Of a stretch of 64,000 bases of DNA, positions 39,115 through 52,900 are shown piece after piece (within the stretch, counting starts at the first letter, position 1; each line of letters starts with the position of its first letter). The notes under the pieces were generated by a model, which searched no databases, was not told the DNA's origin, and worked only from the letters and a program-made list of their open reading frames with translations. Where the stretch lies: contig CM119264.1 in NCBI GenBank assembly GCA_051294375.1, positions 10,248,175-10,312,174 on the forward strand, given 5' to 3'. The DNA comes from Paraspadella gotoi. Its lineage: Eukaryota > Animalia > Chaetognatha. Position numbers and translations under genes: made by a program.

Positions 39115-42100
39115 CAGTACATATAGTGATTAGACAAGACGCGGGTCCTTTACCCCTCCTTCTCATTACCTCCTCTTCATTCCTCCCAGATTCGGGGCCG
39201 CGTTCACGTAGATGTCAGTCCACCTTTCCTCTCTTCTCCTACTGTTTCTCTCCTTTTTTTATTACCTCATTTTTGTCTCAGGATTGATTTTTCTGACTTC
39301 TCAATATATTAGTTTCCCACCTATTCTTTACGCTTACTTACTTTTGTACGGTTAGGATACCTTTTAGAGTGACGCCAATCTGTGCTTGCTCGAACATCTA
39401 ACACAAAAAAACCCCCGGATGGCTCCACGACTGATTTTTAGAAAACGGATAGAAAACAAAATATAAAAGAGACCAAATGATAGAAAAAAGAGAAAAAAAT
39501 CTGGAAAACTTTGTTTCAATTTTTTTTAAAAATTAAAAGATAAAGAAAACAAACAACAAAAAAAAAGGCTTTAAATTTTGGGATTAAATTTTAAATTTTT
39601 CCTCCTCCTCGATTTCCCCACCCCGACTTTTTTTTGCACATTGCTTTGACAAAAAAAAAACAAAAACATTTAATCGCATTTTTCTTCCGATATTTTTGTC
39701 CTCGTCGCTTCCTCCATCGCGATTAGAGACTACGTCCTTTGCCGGCAGCTGTATCACTTTTTGCGAAAAATCTCCAATTTTATCTCTTAGACTTTCCCTC
39801 CCACCTCTCATACGATCGATTGAATTTTTACCGCGAATCGGGACATCGATTTGGGAACGAGATTCAATCCTGCGTCGTTTTTTTGTTGTCTTCCCTCGAA
39901 TTCAGCGCCGTCGTCATCCCTCCCAACCACCCAATCTCTCTCACCACATCACTGCTCCGCCGTCACGCTTCCCGTTCGCCGCCAAACTTTGGGAATCAAC
40001 CTGTCGATTTTCCCGCCCACTTCCTCTCGTCTCTAAACGACTAGATCTCCGATCTTCGATCTTGCGTCGGATCGGGAGTGACGGAATAAGTCGAATCGTC
40101 TTCGATCATCTAAATCGCGACTCTCCAATTTTTTCGCTTCTCTTATAAAACGAATTACGTTGGACCGATTTTGCGATCATCGAACCAAATAAAAGATGAC
40201 GTACATTGATCGATATAACTCGCTTTTCGCGAATCGCTCTCTCCTCCCCTGGCGATCGCCTTGCGAAAAACAGTTGACCGCCGCTACTGCACGATACATT
40301 AATACGAAACTCGATCTCTCCCTCCCCTCCGCGAATGCGACTGATTTATTTTTTTTCCGCCGAAATAAAGAAATATAAAAAAAGCGAAACAAAAGATTTC
40401 TTTTCTCCCTTCCTCTGCGTCGCATTTCTTTCTTTCTTTGTTTCGACGATAAGAAATATTAAAACCCCAAAACCCTGGCGGCCGAAAAAAAATGACAAAT
40501 AGACCATTAGTACTGAAAAATGCCTCCAACTTTCAAAAAAATTTTTTTCACCTCGACCAGTTCGCTATGTCCCAGCTTTCTACATCCCAAGAAATCCTTT
40601 TCTCGCCGTCCCCCCCCCCCTCGTTTCACCCAAAAAAAATCTAAAAACGAAAATATGCGAAATTCGAGAGAAAAAGAAAAAGAAAACAGGGACATTCTTC
40701 CCTACACAAAAGATGAAATTTTTTCGCTTCGAATTCGATTCGCATTTTATCTTTTCTTCTTTCTTTGTGGTCCCATCTTTTTTTCGAAGATGACCAAATC
40801 CACCAACGTCAATCACCTTGCTCTCCCCCTCACCAGGAGTTTATCACCAAAACCCTCGCTGCCAAGAAACTTCGGAGAAATTTTTTTAGCTTTTTCGCAT
40901 CGATCGATACAACCTGTGCGGTTTCGCGTCTCCCCCGTTAATCCATCGCCGTTCGCCGTCGAAAAAAAAAAATCGAAATATAGAGTTGTTGAACTAAATA
41001 GATTCAATAAATCGAGGGGTTTTAATCGCGAATCACTCTGTTTTAATTCACAGTGCAGAACAAAAGTCGGATTTAGCAATCTGAAGACTTTTCTTAGGTG
41101 GATTCGCATCTGATCTGTCATCTATCCGTCGAAATACCTCTCTTCTCAGGTCTCACGTGATCCTGTCAATGCATATTTCAGAATAAAGGTCTGAGTTAAT
41201 AGATAGGCAGGCAGTCTATCACGTAAGTTATGAAACAGACATATTCTCGATCTCTGTCAGATTTCTGTAGCTGCCCTAATTATCATCCCTCTCTTGAATC
41301 GGTTCTCTTCTACATTCCAAATCCATGCTGAAAATGTACGATCATTTCAGTACAAATACAATGGAAGATCTTCAGAGGCTCCCTCCCGCTAACATATCAC
41401 CGCTCACTAGCAAATCACAGATATATTCTGCTAGCATGTATTTCACTCGTTTATTTTATGGTTCAGAAATTAATGTGCCAGCCGAATAACTTTTTCTTTG
41501 TCAGATATTAGCGCTACTATGCATATTCACGCTATGTTAGAATTTTTTCAAGTACAATCTATCCATAACCTTGCGTAGCAACACCACATTTCTCCCATCA
41601 TAACTATCGATCCGGGTCAATGTGCCAAAATTTTGGTGACGAAGAATTCATTGCTCCATTTTATCCACGAAATAGATTAGAAGTTGAATGCTCATCTCAC
41701 GGGCCTCAACCACGCTCGAACCCGCTTGCTAACCAACAAAAGTGGCAATCAAATATCCCTGAGTGTATTATAACATACAACTTGCACAGTTTCTTATGTT
41801 ATTGTGCGTAAGCCGCAAGCCTGATAAATCGTATCTTTAGTATTTTATGTCTCTACATATGGATATATAACATTGTCCAACTACCCGAACCCTACTGTGA
41901 ACATCATCCCAATAACCATCAGACCGAACTGAGCTTGAGTAAACTCATTTTAATCTAGGGTGGCTCAGCTAAACTATGGAAGTAGTAAATAGCAACTACT
42001 ATCTTGCTATCAAATGCAGTATTCCAAATCATTCTTAATTTATCTAGTGGCACAGAAGGATAATGTTTATACGTTTAATTTCTGCCACCAAATTGCTTCA

Positions 42101-44189
42101 ATTGTATGATCTCTTAGACTCTCAATATAAGAATGAATGCGTCTACATGAATACTCATTAGCGTGCCCAGGACTTGGACTGAAACCGGATACACCATGTC
42201 AATTCGTCAACGTTTAAACCGGTGACAGTCAATTTATTAGTTGACTCTGAACAAGATAGTTGACGAGTTGTCTCACTAAAAGCTTGCCGACCGCAGGCCT
42301 CCGCCTCTGCAATGAAATCTGTATCAATACTGATCAGGATGAGGCGATAAATACAGTGAACGAATCAGCCTCCCCTTTGTGTACCCAGACACTAGCAGAT
42401 GTCCCACTAAATACAGAGTGGTCGCCATTTAGCTGAAGTTATCAGACCGGTAATATTTCTATACACTGTGGTCTATTAAGTATAATCAAAGTATAAGGCA
42501 CTTTCAAGTATGACTGCAGAGTTTTGCTCGAGTTTGAAAAAAAATTACACCTGCAATATATTTAATCGTAGTGATGTTAATCTCCTATCATCTGTTTTTA
42601 GCTTCATGATTCTACAAAAGGGTCAAAAACAAAAAAATAGACGAAGAAGAATTACTTCGTAGCATTCACATAATGCGGGAGATTAACACAGACAAATTCT
42701 TCATCCTAACGTTATTTCTTCCAATATGCATCATACATAATTGTAATAAATATGTACTACGATAGTTTGCAAAGATCAGTCAGGGTTAGTATATTAGCAA
42801 CTGGTTTAAAGTGTTGCTAGTTAATTTGGTGATAAAAATTGAAATTACCATACTCAAAAGTAGTAAAATAAAAAATAAGAAATATGTATAAAAAGAAAGA
42901 AAAAGCAGATTAATAAAGTCCTACTTGCAGCTACTCCATCCAATGCCGGCAGTCTACGCTTAATCCCGCCAATCCCCATCTAGAACTCTCCCGAACACCA
43001 AACTTTATTCAATTAGCAGCAGTGTGAAACAACATGTTGTGATTATTTGGTCAATAATGGTAAAAATATACTCAAAGAGAAATGTAAGGCAAAGATGTCA
43101 GATGAGCTCTTCTGCGAGCTCTCTTTGCTTCTTCTCTACGTATGGCAAGAAGACAAGCTGAATGATAATTGGCATTGAATTGACCAGTTGACTATTTGGC
43201 TAAACTAACCGAGTTCTAATCTTAAAAGCCTGTAGTGACAAAGCATATAAACCTACTGTTTCAAATGCCATTCTTCCTCCAGCGAGAACGCTCAATTTAA
43301 GAAGTAGTCAATATATAATAGAACAGAAAATGAGAATATTAAGTCTCGCCAAAAAAATAGAAAAAACACGAAAAAAAAACTCACTTCCTCCTCCCAACTA
43401 ATCATTTCTTCACCTCCTTGATGCTGGGGAGAAATCGCCATTGTATTAATTCATGCCTCCCTCAATGGTAGAGTGACTATTAGTAATCAAAACATGAAGT
43501 TTGAACTTTAGGACACTGTCAAATTGTAAATTACCAATAATCATCAATATTCATCTAACAAATGAAACTGAAACTAATCACCAATGTTATTCACCATGAT
43601 ATATCACCACTCCCCCCAATATCTTCGTTTTCTATGTTCTCCCCCTCAACTATATCGCCAAATTATTCACCACAATCAAATAGCAAACTTAATCACCTTG
43701 CCTTTCAAAATATATCATCATTCAACCCCCACCTGTTTCTATTAGACTGTGGACCCACCCTCCAATTGATTTGTTTTATTGATGAACCTGTACCCCCACC
43801 CAAACCCATTCTCTTCTCTTACCCCCTCCTCACATTCACAATTTTCAGCACAGTTAGGCACTCTACTCCGCACCGCCGATGACGTCTCACGCCATTCAGA
43901 GGCGCTGATTACGCCATCTTGACCAGAGAGGCCCATGGTATATTAAGGTGATAGACAGAACGCGGGTCTGATTACCCCCTCCTTTCTCATTCACCTACTC
44001 CTCATCCTCCTCCCAGGGGGATTCGGGGCCGCGTTCTCACGAGATTCATTCACCATCCTCTCTTTCTCCTACTCGTTTCTCTCCTTTTTTTTACCCTCAT
44101 TTTTTCTCAGTATAGGATTTTCCTTCCGTCAATATATTAGTTTCCCACTTCTCGTCACTTTACGTTCCGGTTAGGATACCTTTTCAGAG
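39115..44189 (-). mobile_element. ~5.1-kb element bounded by ~250-bp direct repeats with a hammerhead-like motif (Penelope-like pLTR or retrozyme-like), inserted in a (GAAA)n tract
   Basis: Direct repeats at 39115-39369 and 43934-44189 (also 49917-50159 and 54312-54557 in the duplicate); (GAAA)n abuts both outer ends; no ORF recognised inside. Confidence 0.65.
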
Positions 44190-44347
44190 GAAAGAAGAAA
44201 GAAAGAAAGAAAGAAAGAAAAAGAAAAGAAAAGAAAAATGCTTTGAATAACAAGTCAACAATCGGAACCAATTAACTTTTGATTAAAGCGCGACTGGAGA
44301 GACTTGAGACTAAGAAGAGCTAAAAAGGAAGAGAAAAAAAGGGGGGA

Positions 44348-44395
<48 letters not shown>

Positions 44396-45648
44396 GAGAG
44401 AGAGAAAAAATCTCTCAAAATGGCGAAACTTTTTTTTCCGTTCCACAGAAAGTGATTCCATTCGTCAAGATAAAAGGAGCCGACTTTGATGGAACGAAAG
44501 CCCGATGAAGGCGTTGGACGAGATTTGAGAAGATTTCTCGGAAATGTGGAGAGGCGGACAAACGACGATGCATGTCGCATGTCTATTGTATATTTCTTCG
44601 ACTGATTCACGACGGTCACGAAAATAAAATCGACCGAATCACATTTAAGTTGCGGCAAGTGAAACAAGCGAAACAATGACTGATTTTATGAGGAGACGAC
44701 AGCGGCGACTACAACAACAACAGCCACGTCCACAACGACAACCGCAACTTTAACAATGGAATCGACGCCATCTTGGACGCGGCGCGTGTCCTCACGTCTC
44801 GCGATCGCCGTCCAAATTCCCATTCTTAGGGGGNNNNNNNNNNNNNNNNNNNNNNNNNNNNNNNNNNNNNNNNNNNNNNNNNNNNNNNNNNNNNNNNNNN
44901 NNNNNNNNNNNNNNNNNNNNNNNNNNNNNNNNNNNNNNNNNNNNNNNNNNNNNNNNNNNNNNNNNNNNNNNNNNNNNNNNNNNNNNNNNNNNNNNNNNNN
45001 NNNNNNNNNNNNNNNNNNNNNNNNNNNNNNNNNNNNNNNNNNNNNNNNNNNNAAAAAATGGGGGGAAAAATCAAATCGATTCCCTCTTTCCTAAGAATAG
45101 AATACAAAAGGAAAGAAACTCTTGATTAAAAAGGAGAAAGATAAAAAAAGGGAGGAAAAAAGAGAGGAAAAGAAAAGAAAAGACAAGAAAGGAAAAGAAA
45201 TGAAAAAGGCATCAACGTCTCTCCTTCGAGAGAGAGAGAGAGAGAAACTCTTCTTCTTCCCCTTCCCCTCACTTTCTCGCTATCTCTCTCTTTTTTTTCC
45301 CCGCCAAGTGTCGTTGAAGATTCGGAGAGAAAAAAAAACATGCAAAAACTCAAAATTATCGTCAGATGCTTTTTTGTTTTGTTTTGAAAGATCGAGTTCT
45401 GCGAGAGAGAGATACGAGGTTGACATCGAAATCGGCAGATCGGTCAGAACGCAAAACGATGACGACGACGACAATTTGGAGAACAACATGGAAGTCCTTA
45501 CACTTTTACTTGAAGTCAAACTAATTTAATGTTAATGCTTCAAGATCTTATTGATCTAAAAAAAAAAAGATCTGCGAAGCCAGAGGGGCTTCGCCTTTCA
45601 AGATTTAAATTAGATAAAGGACGAGGAAGAGAAAATCGATGACGACGT

Positions 45649-45684
<36 letters not shown>

Positions 45685-47051
45685 TATAAACTCTGAGAGA
45701 TACGCGGCCGAAAATGACGATTACACTGACGATTACTAGAAAGATGACGGAGACGACTACGACAACGACAATATTGACGACGACAAGCACCACGCCGACG
45801 ACGACGACGACGACGACGACGACGTGGGCCTCAGCTGCGCCGTTTGGGGAATTTTTAAAAAGAACAAGGACGGGGATCAAGAACATCGATCAACTGGAAA
45901 CTGCGAAGGCGACGGTGGACCTTTTACGCAAAAAAAAGAAGAAAGAAACCCTGGAAATCTCTGCCGTCGAACGACGCTTATGGGGTGAGGATAAAGGGGT
46001 AAGGGAGTTGCTAATGACGCGAGGGGGCGACAAGACCGGGGTTTGGGTGGGTGAGTGGATTTATTTATATTTTGGGGCGATGGGGAGTTCACAGGGAAAA
46101 AAAGGATGATTCGGTGAATCGGTGATTCGCCAAATCCAGTCAAAGTATTCTTCTTGGTCCCCGGCCAAGATTCGACGTCTCATACTACACCCACATTTCG
46201 ACTACAACCGTTTTCACAAAAATATTTCTCGAGAGAAGTAACGAAGTTAAAAACAGAAAGCATTAATTATTAATTAATTAATTTGTTGTCGGTTTAGTTA
46301 AGCTGAAAAATGAGGAAAATGAAGAAAAGAGGAAAAGGGGGAAACAAATTTGCGACTTGTACATAAAATAAAATAAATTTTTGAACAAAATCAGTTTGAG
46401 GCGACGTACGTCTCGCTCTCTCGCTCTCCGCTCCCCCTGGACTCTTTTTTTGGCAGGAGCGCGTAGAGAAATCGTCGCCCGACTGGAGCGAAGGACGAGA
46501 CGACTTTAACGACCTCATTAAGATCCAGGAGTCGGAATAGAGAAAGAGGGANNNNNNNNNNNNNNNNNNNNNNNNNNNNNNNNNNNNNNNNNNNNNNNNN
46601 NNNNNNNNNNNNNNNNNNNNNNNNNNNNNNNNNNNNNNNNNNNNNNNNNNNNNNNNNNNNNNNNNNNNNNNNNNNNNNNNNNNNNNNNNNNNNNNNNNNN
46701 NNNNNNNNNNNNNNNNNNNNNNNNNNNNNNNNNNNNNNNNNNNNNNNNNNNNNNNNNNNNNNNNNNNNNNNNNNNNNNNNNNNNNNNNNNNNNNNNNNNN
46801 NNNNNNNNNNNNNNNNNNNNNNNNNNNNNNNNNNNNNNNNNNNNNNNNNNNNNNGAAAGAAAGAAAGAAAGAAAGAAAGAAAGAATTTTAAAAATGAAGG
46901 ACTAACGGCTAAAGTGGGAGAGCAAATGTAATTTCGAAAATCGAGCTTTTCATGTTTTCTCACAGATTCGGTTTGCTGAATGTTTCTTTGTTGAGAGTAA
47001 AGAGACGAAATAAAGAACGGGATTGANNNNNNNNNNNNNNNNNNNNNNNNN

Positions 47052-49881
47052 CGAAAAAAGAAACTGTCAAGATTGGCGAACAAATAGAAAAACCTAAAAA
47101 AAACTGAGAGAAAGGAAAAGAAGAAGAAAGAAAAACGAAAGAAAGAAAGAAAGAGAAAGAAAGAAGAAGAAAGAAAAGAACCCGAAAGAAAGGGGAAAAA
47201 AGAAAAAAGAAGGAAAAAAAAGAAAGGAAAGAAGAAAACAAGAAAATTAAAAAAGAAAGGAAAGAAAAGGAAAGGAAAGATTTAAAAAAAAAGAAAAAAA
47301 AGGGAAAAAAGGAACCTAATTACTACGACATTCAAAGGGAGGGAGAGGAATTTTTTTTTCTTATGCAAAAGCAGGTGAATTTACCGCAGCGAAAGGAAAA
47401 AATTTCCCGTGTTACCCAGTGACAAAAGCGGTAGGGGGAATTAGAATCGCATATGAACTGCGACGCGACCGCACCGCAGTCGCAATGAACGTTGGCACCG
47501 CGCCGAAACCGGCCGATGCGCGCGCGGCCCGCCACGCCCAAGCGCCAACCAAAGCGGCAGGGAAAATCGACAGTTTTGGAAAGAAACGAGAGGAAAAAAA
47601 GAAAAAAAGGAAAAAAAAGAAGGAAGACAGGAAAAAGAAAGAATTGGGATAAATTTGAAAACATGAGGGAGGGAGGCAACGATGCGGAATTGACAACGTG
47701 GAGGAAAGAAAGGAAGGAAAGGGACAGCGAAAGTAAAGTCTGAATGTAAATAAGCAGGACGACGTAAGTCTTCCACCGATTTTATGGACTTTTGCTTCTT
47801 TGGCGAATGAAATCATGTGAGTTTTTTTTACCAACTTTATTTCCTCTTCTTCAGGGATTTTTTGTGTTTGAATAGAAAAGCGAATGTAAAATGCTACCAA
47901 TTAAAATAGAATTATTTAAAGCAATTCACAGAAACAGACACTATTGAAGTTTGAAATTCTACAAATTATATAAAACCCTAAGCATGGATGATCAATTAAT
48001 TTGTCCTTCCAAAAATCTCCGTTATCACAACGATGGTTGATGCTTATCTTATATTGGTGAGTTTGGATTTAACTACAAATGTCGGGGAAATTAATTTTTA
48101 TAAAATTCTCCCGTAATATTAGTTTATTAAAGTTTTTTTCAAAAAAATGTGATTCACCATGAACTCCCATATCATTTAAAAAAAAAAGGTGGTCCAAAGA
48201 CCAGGGAGCGAATTCATTTGTATTTAATTCAAGAATCTATGTGATTCGGAAATACGAGACCAAAGTGAAACCTTTAACGAAACAAAGCTTCGTTCAAGGT
48301 TTAAAACTTGAAAATTAAAGTCAGTTTAAAAAATATAATTTGTTCGACTAAAGAAGAAACAACAAAACAAAAGAATAAAATAGAAAATAAAAAAAGAAAA
48401 CTAAACAAAAAATTAAAATAAGAACTAGTTGTTGCGCCCTTGATCACATATGACATGACATGACTAACAAACTTTCTTTGCCCTGGTTTGTATTTATATA
48501 TGCGTTTATTTCGATTGCAACATGGTTGGATTCAGTACGTCATAACATCAGCAAGACTAGGTCTTAAATAGTAGAGATTTGTTTGACATGCCCTGCATCA
48601 AAAACCGCTTTAACTTATAGATTAGGAATTCCTCAAGCCGACGCTAGTTTTTTTTCTTCTTAACAATGAGCAACAACTTATAGCCAGAATTATATCATTT
48701 TAACGTAAATGGGAATATCCGACGGACAGACATAACCGACCGACGACGACAACAAACACAGAACCGACGCCGACCTGACCGACTCCGAAAAGTGACTTAA
48801 TAGAGTTGCTCGCGAGTACTCGCGGCGCAACGCAAAACTGAAAACTGTTCTACAATATAAAGAAAAAAAAATGCAACCGATGGGTGAAAAAAAAAAAAAA
48901 AGAAGGGCGATAAGCACCCTCAGCGAGGAGGGAAAACGACTAGGGAAAAAGAAAAAAAAAATCAGGGTTCGAAACGAAAACGAGAGAGGAAAGGAAAAGA
49001 TCCGAGCGGTGAATAAGAAGGAGGATCTTTCCTTCCAGAAAGTACACCGCTCATTGGATGACGAAAAAAAAAAATATTCGTTATAAGTTTAAAGGCTAAG
49101 AAAAGACAATGTAGAATAGTGCCAATGTTTTGATAGGAAAACTCGACTGCCCTCTCCCGTCGAAAAGAAATAAGGAGACAGAGAGGAAAGAGAGAGAGAG
49201 GGAGAGATGGGAGAGATAGACGAGAAGGGCGAGAGGAGAGACGAGAAGAGAGAGAGTGAGAGACGAGATGACGAGAGACGAAGAGAGAGACGAGAAGGAG
49301 GAGAGAATCAGCGAAGAGGAAATCACTGATTGCTGTGAAAGATGAGAATAATAGTGAGAAAAGATTTGAACCCAGACCGAGACGAGATATAGACTCAGTT
49401 AATCAGATAAGTTGGAACTGGTTGATAGGGATCGAAGAGAAAAGACGCAGAAGAAAATGAATAAAAAGAAAAAGAAAGAAAGAAAGAAGAAAGAAAGGAA
49501 AAAGAAAGAAAGAAAGAAAAGAAAGAAAGAAAGAAAGAAAGAAAAAAAGAGAAAGAAAGAAAGAAAAGAAAGAAGAAAAGGAAAGAAAGAAAAATAGAAG
49601 AAAGAAGAAAAAAGAAAAGAAAGAAGAAAGGATAAAAGAAAAGAAAGAAAGAAGAAAAAATTAAAAAAATAAAAAAAAATAAAGAGACGAAATCGCGATG
49701 GCTAAAGACAAGAGCGTCGAAACGATATGAGGCAAACGACTCAGGAGGCGCTGACAAGGCAGTTGTGTGTCGAGCATCTTTGCCCAATTCTTCGCGGATC
49801 TCGCAGAAGATAGAGATTTTTAAAAAAAGATTAAGATAAAAAAATAGATAATAAAGAAAAAAAAAGAAGAAAGAAAGAAAA

Positions 49882-49916
<35 letters not shown>

Positions 49917-52900
49917 CAGTATATAAGTGATTAGACCAAGACGCGGGTCCTATTACCCCTCCTTCTCATTCAACCTCCTCTTCATCCTCCCCAGATTCGG
50001 GGCGCGTTCACGAGAGTCAGTTCCACCTTCCTCTTCTTCTCCTACTGTTTCTCTCCTTTTTTTTTACCTCATTTTTGTCTCAGGATAGATTTTCCTTCCG
50101 TCAATATATTAGTTTCCCACATTCTCGTACTTACTTCGGTTAGGCATACCTTTTCAGAGTGACGCCAATCTGTGTTGCTCGAACATCTAAACCACAAAAA
50201 AACCCCCAGGATGGCTCCACGACTGATTTTTAGAAACGTGAAGAGAAACAAAATATAAAAAGACCGAAAATGAAGAAAAAAAGAAAAAAATCTGAAAACT
50301 TTTTTCAATTTTTTTTAAAAAATTAAAAGTAAGAAAACAAACAACAAAAAAAAGGCTTTAAATTTGGATTAAATTTTAATCTTTTCCTCCATCCTCGTTT
50401 CCCCAACCCCGACTTTTTTTTGCACATTGCTTTGACAAAAAAAAACAAAAACATTTAATCGCCATTTCTTCTTCCGATTTTTTGTCCTCGTCGCTTCCTC
50501 CATCCGATTAGAGACTACGTCCTTTGCCGGCAGCTGTATCACTTTTTGCGAAAAATCTCCAATTTTTCTCTTGACTTTCCCTCCCACCTCTCACTTCGAT
50601 TCGATTGAATTTTACCGCGAATCGCATCGATTTGAACGAGATTCAATCCTGGCGTCGTTTTTTTTTTCTTCCTCGAATCAGACGCCCGTCGTCATCCCTC
50701 CCACCACCCAATCATCTCTCCACCCATCACGCCTCCCCCGTCACGCTTCCCGTTCGCCGCCAACTTTGGGAATCAACCCTTCGATTTTCTCCGCCCACTT
50801 CCTCCGTCTCTAAACGACTAGATCTCCGATCTTCGATCTTGGCGTCGGGAATCGGGAGTGACGGAATAAGTTCGAAATCGTCTTCGATCATCCTAAATCG
50901 CACTCTCCAATTTTTCGCTTCTCTTAATAAAGACGATTCGTTTGGACCGATTTCGATCATCGAACCCAAATAAAGATGACGTACATTTCGATTAACTCGC
51001 TTTTTCGCGAATCGTCCTCCTCCCCTGCGATCGCTTGCGAAACAGTTGACCGCCGCTACCGCACGATCACATATCGAAACTCGAATCTCTCCCCCCCTCC
51101 GCGAAATGGAACTGATTTTTTTTTTTTCCGCCGAAAACTAAAGAAATAAAAAAAAGCGAAACAAAAAGATTTCCTGTTCTTCCCTTCCTCTGACGTCATT
51201 TCTTTCTTTCTTTGTTTCGACGATAAGAAATATTAAAACCCAAACCCTGGCGCCGAAAAATGACAAATAGACCATTAGTTACTGAATAAATGCCCCAACT
51301 TCAAAAAAAATCACCGTCGACAGTCTATGTCCCGCTTTCTACATCCAAGAAATCCTTTTCTCGCCTGGTTCCCCCCCCCCCTCGTTCACCCAAAAAAAAT
51401 CTAAAAACGAAAATATGCGAAATTCGAAGAAAAAGAAAAGAAAACAGGACATTCTCCCTCACAAAAGATGAAATTTTTTCGCTCGAATTCGATCGCAGTT
51501 TTATCTTTTCTTCTTTCTTTGGTCCATCTTTTTTCGAAATGACAAATCACCAACGTCAATCACCTTTGCTCTCCCCCTCACCAGAGTTAATCACCAACTC
51601 TCGTGCCAAGAAACTCGAAAATTTTTTTAGTTTTTCGCTCGATCGATCACCTTGCGGTTTCGCGTCTCCCCCTGTTAAATCATCGCGTTCTCGCGCGTCG
51701 AAAAAAAAAAATCGAAATATAGAGTTGTTGAACTAAATAAAAAAGATTTTTCCGCGAATTCGAGGCTCGAATCTCCGTCTCAACCGTCTCTCCATTCGAC
51801 GGATCGAAAACAAAAAGGTCGATTAAAAGATAAGAGCAGCGCAGTCTTCAGTAAGTTTGAAAAAATATTTCGGATCGTCTGTCATCATCTGGTGCCCAAT
51901 TATCATCCCTTTTGTCGGTTTCTTCACAAATCCTGTCAACTGTCATCATTTCAGACCAAAAACTGTCAGTGGTCACCTGCTAAGGCTGTCAGTCACTGAC
52001 AAGATTATGTCAGAGATTATGTCAGAAATTATGTCAGAGATTTTTTCTGTCAGAGATTGCGCTTTGTCATTTAGCTACTGTGTGAATCGAGTCAGTCTTT
52101 AATGCTGAAAACATTGTTCATCATCTAGAGGGTCATTGCCAAAAAAAAATTTTGGGAGAAAACGAATCCATTTCCAGTTTCCAAAAAATTGAATTGAAAT
52201 GTCTCCAGGGCCCCCTCAACCCCCCAACCCCTTCACCCCCCAACAAAAGCCAATCAAATATTCTCCCTAGTGTAATTAATAACAACAACTTTGCCTATTT
52301 TTAATGTAATTTGCATCCAATGCCGCCAACAAAGCCTTGAATCAAAAAACGTATTCTTTAGTATTTTTAGTTCTCTAACCATATGGTATATAAAATTCGT
52401 TCCAACATCCCCAACCCCCTCTCAACCATCCAACCCCCAAAACCCATCAACCCGTCAACGAGCCTTGAGTCAAAATCTGCATTTTATCTAGTCTCAGTTC
52501 TAAACTCACTTGGGTGTTAAACTCACTTACTCATCTTGTATTCAAATGAAGCAGTTTCTCACCAATCAGTTCTGCTATTTTTGCAAGGAGGATAATGTTT
52601 TAGCGGCTTTATCCCACAAAAATATTTCAAATGTATGATCTCTTAGATTAATATAAAATGAATGGCTACAGTACTTTTAAGGTGGCCCAACTGGAGCTAG
52701 AAAGGAAAAGTGAATTGGCAAGATTTGTGACAGTCACGATTTGATTGTCTGCTTCTGACACAATGTTAATCGCTCATAATAAGCATTTGCCACCGCAGGG
52801 TGCGCCTACAATCAATTCGAAATCGTATTTCAAATTCAAATGGAAAACAAAAAATGAATGTGCATAATTCGCCCTCCCCCCTTTGTGTATCCTCAACACT

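Noticed and set aside
39370-39395. tRNA-Lys-like primer-binding site (tgacgccaatctgtg..gctcgaac) after the left direct repeat, suggesting an LTR retrotransposon
   Set aside because: Several mismatches to TGGCGCCCAACGTGGGGCTCGAAC, no TG..CA termini, and agtgacg is better explained as hammerhead stem I; not fully excluded.
41000-43000. Strong divergence between copy 1 and copy 2 suggesting allelic or paralogous variation
   Set aside because: Both versions look like low-quality read sequence; cannot be distinguished from error.
45605-46109. Poly-Val (TM-like) and poly-Thr (mucin-like) ORFs
   Set aside because: Derived from (GAC)n tracts; no convincing splice sites or domain.
51998-52060. 12-bp tandem repeat (gattatgtcaga) giving IMSEIMSEIMSE
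   Set aside because: Short minisatellite in a raw-read-quality region, not reproduced clearly in copy 1.
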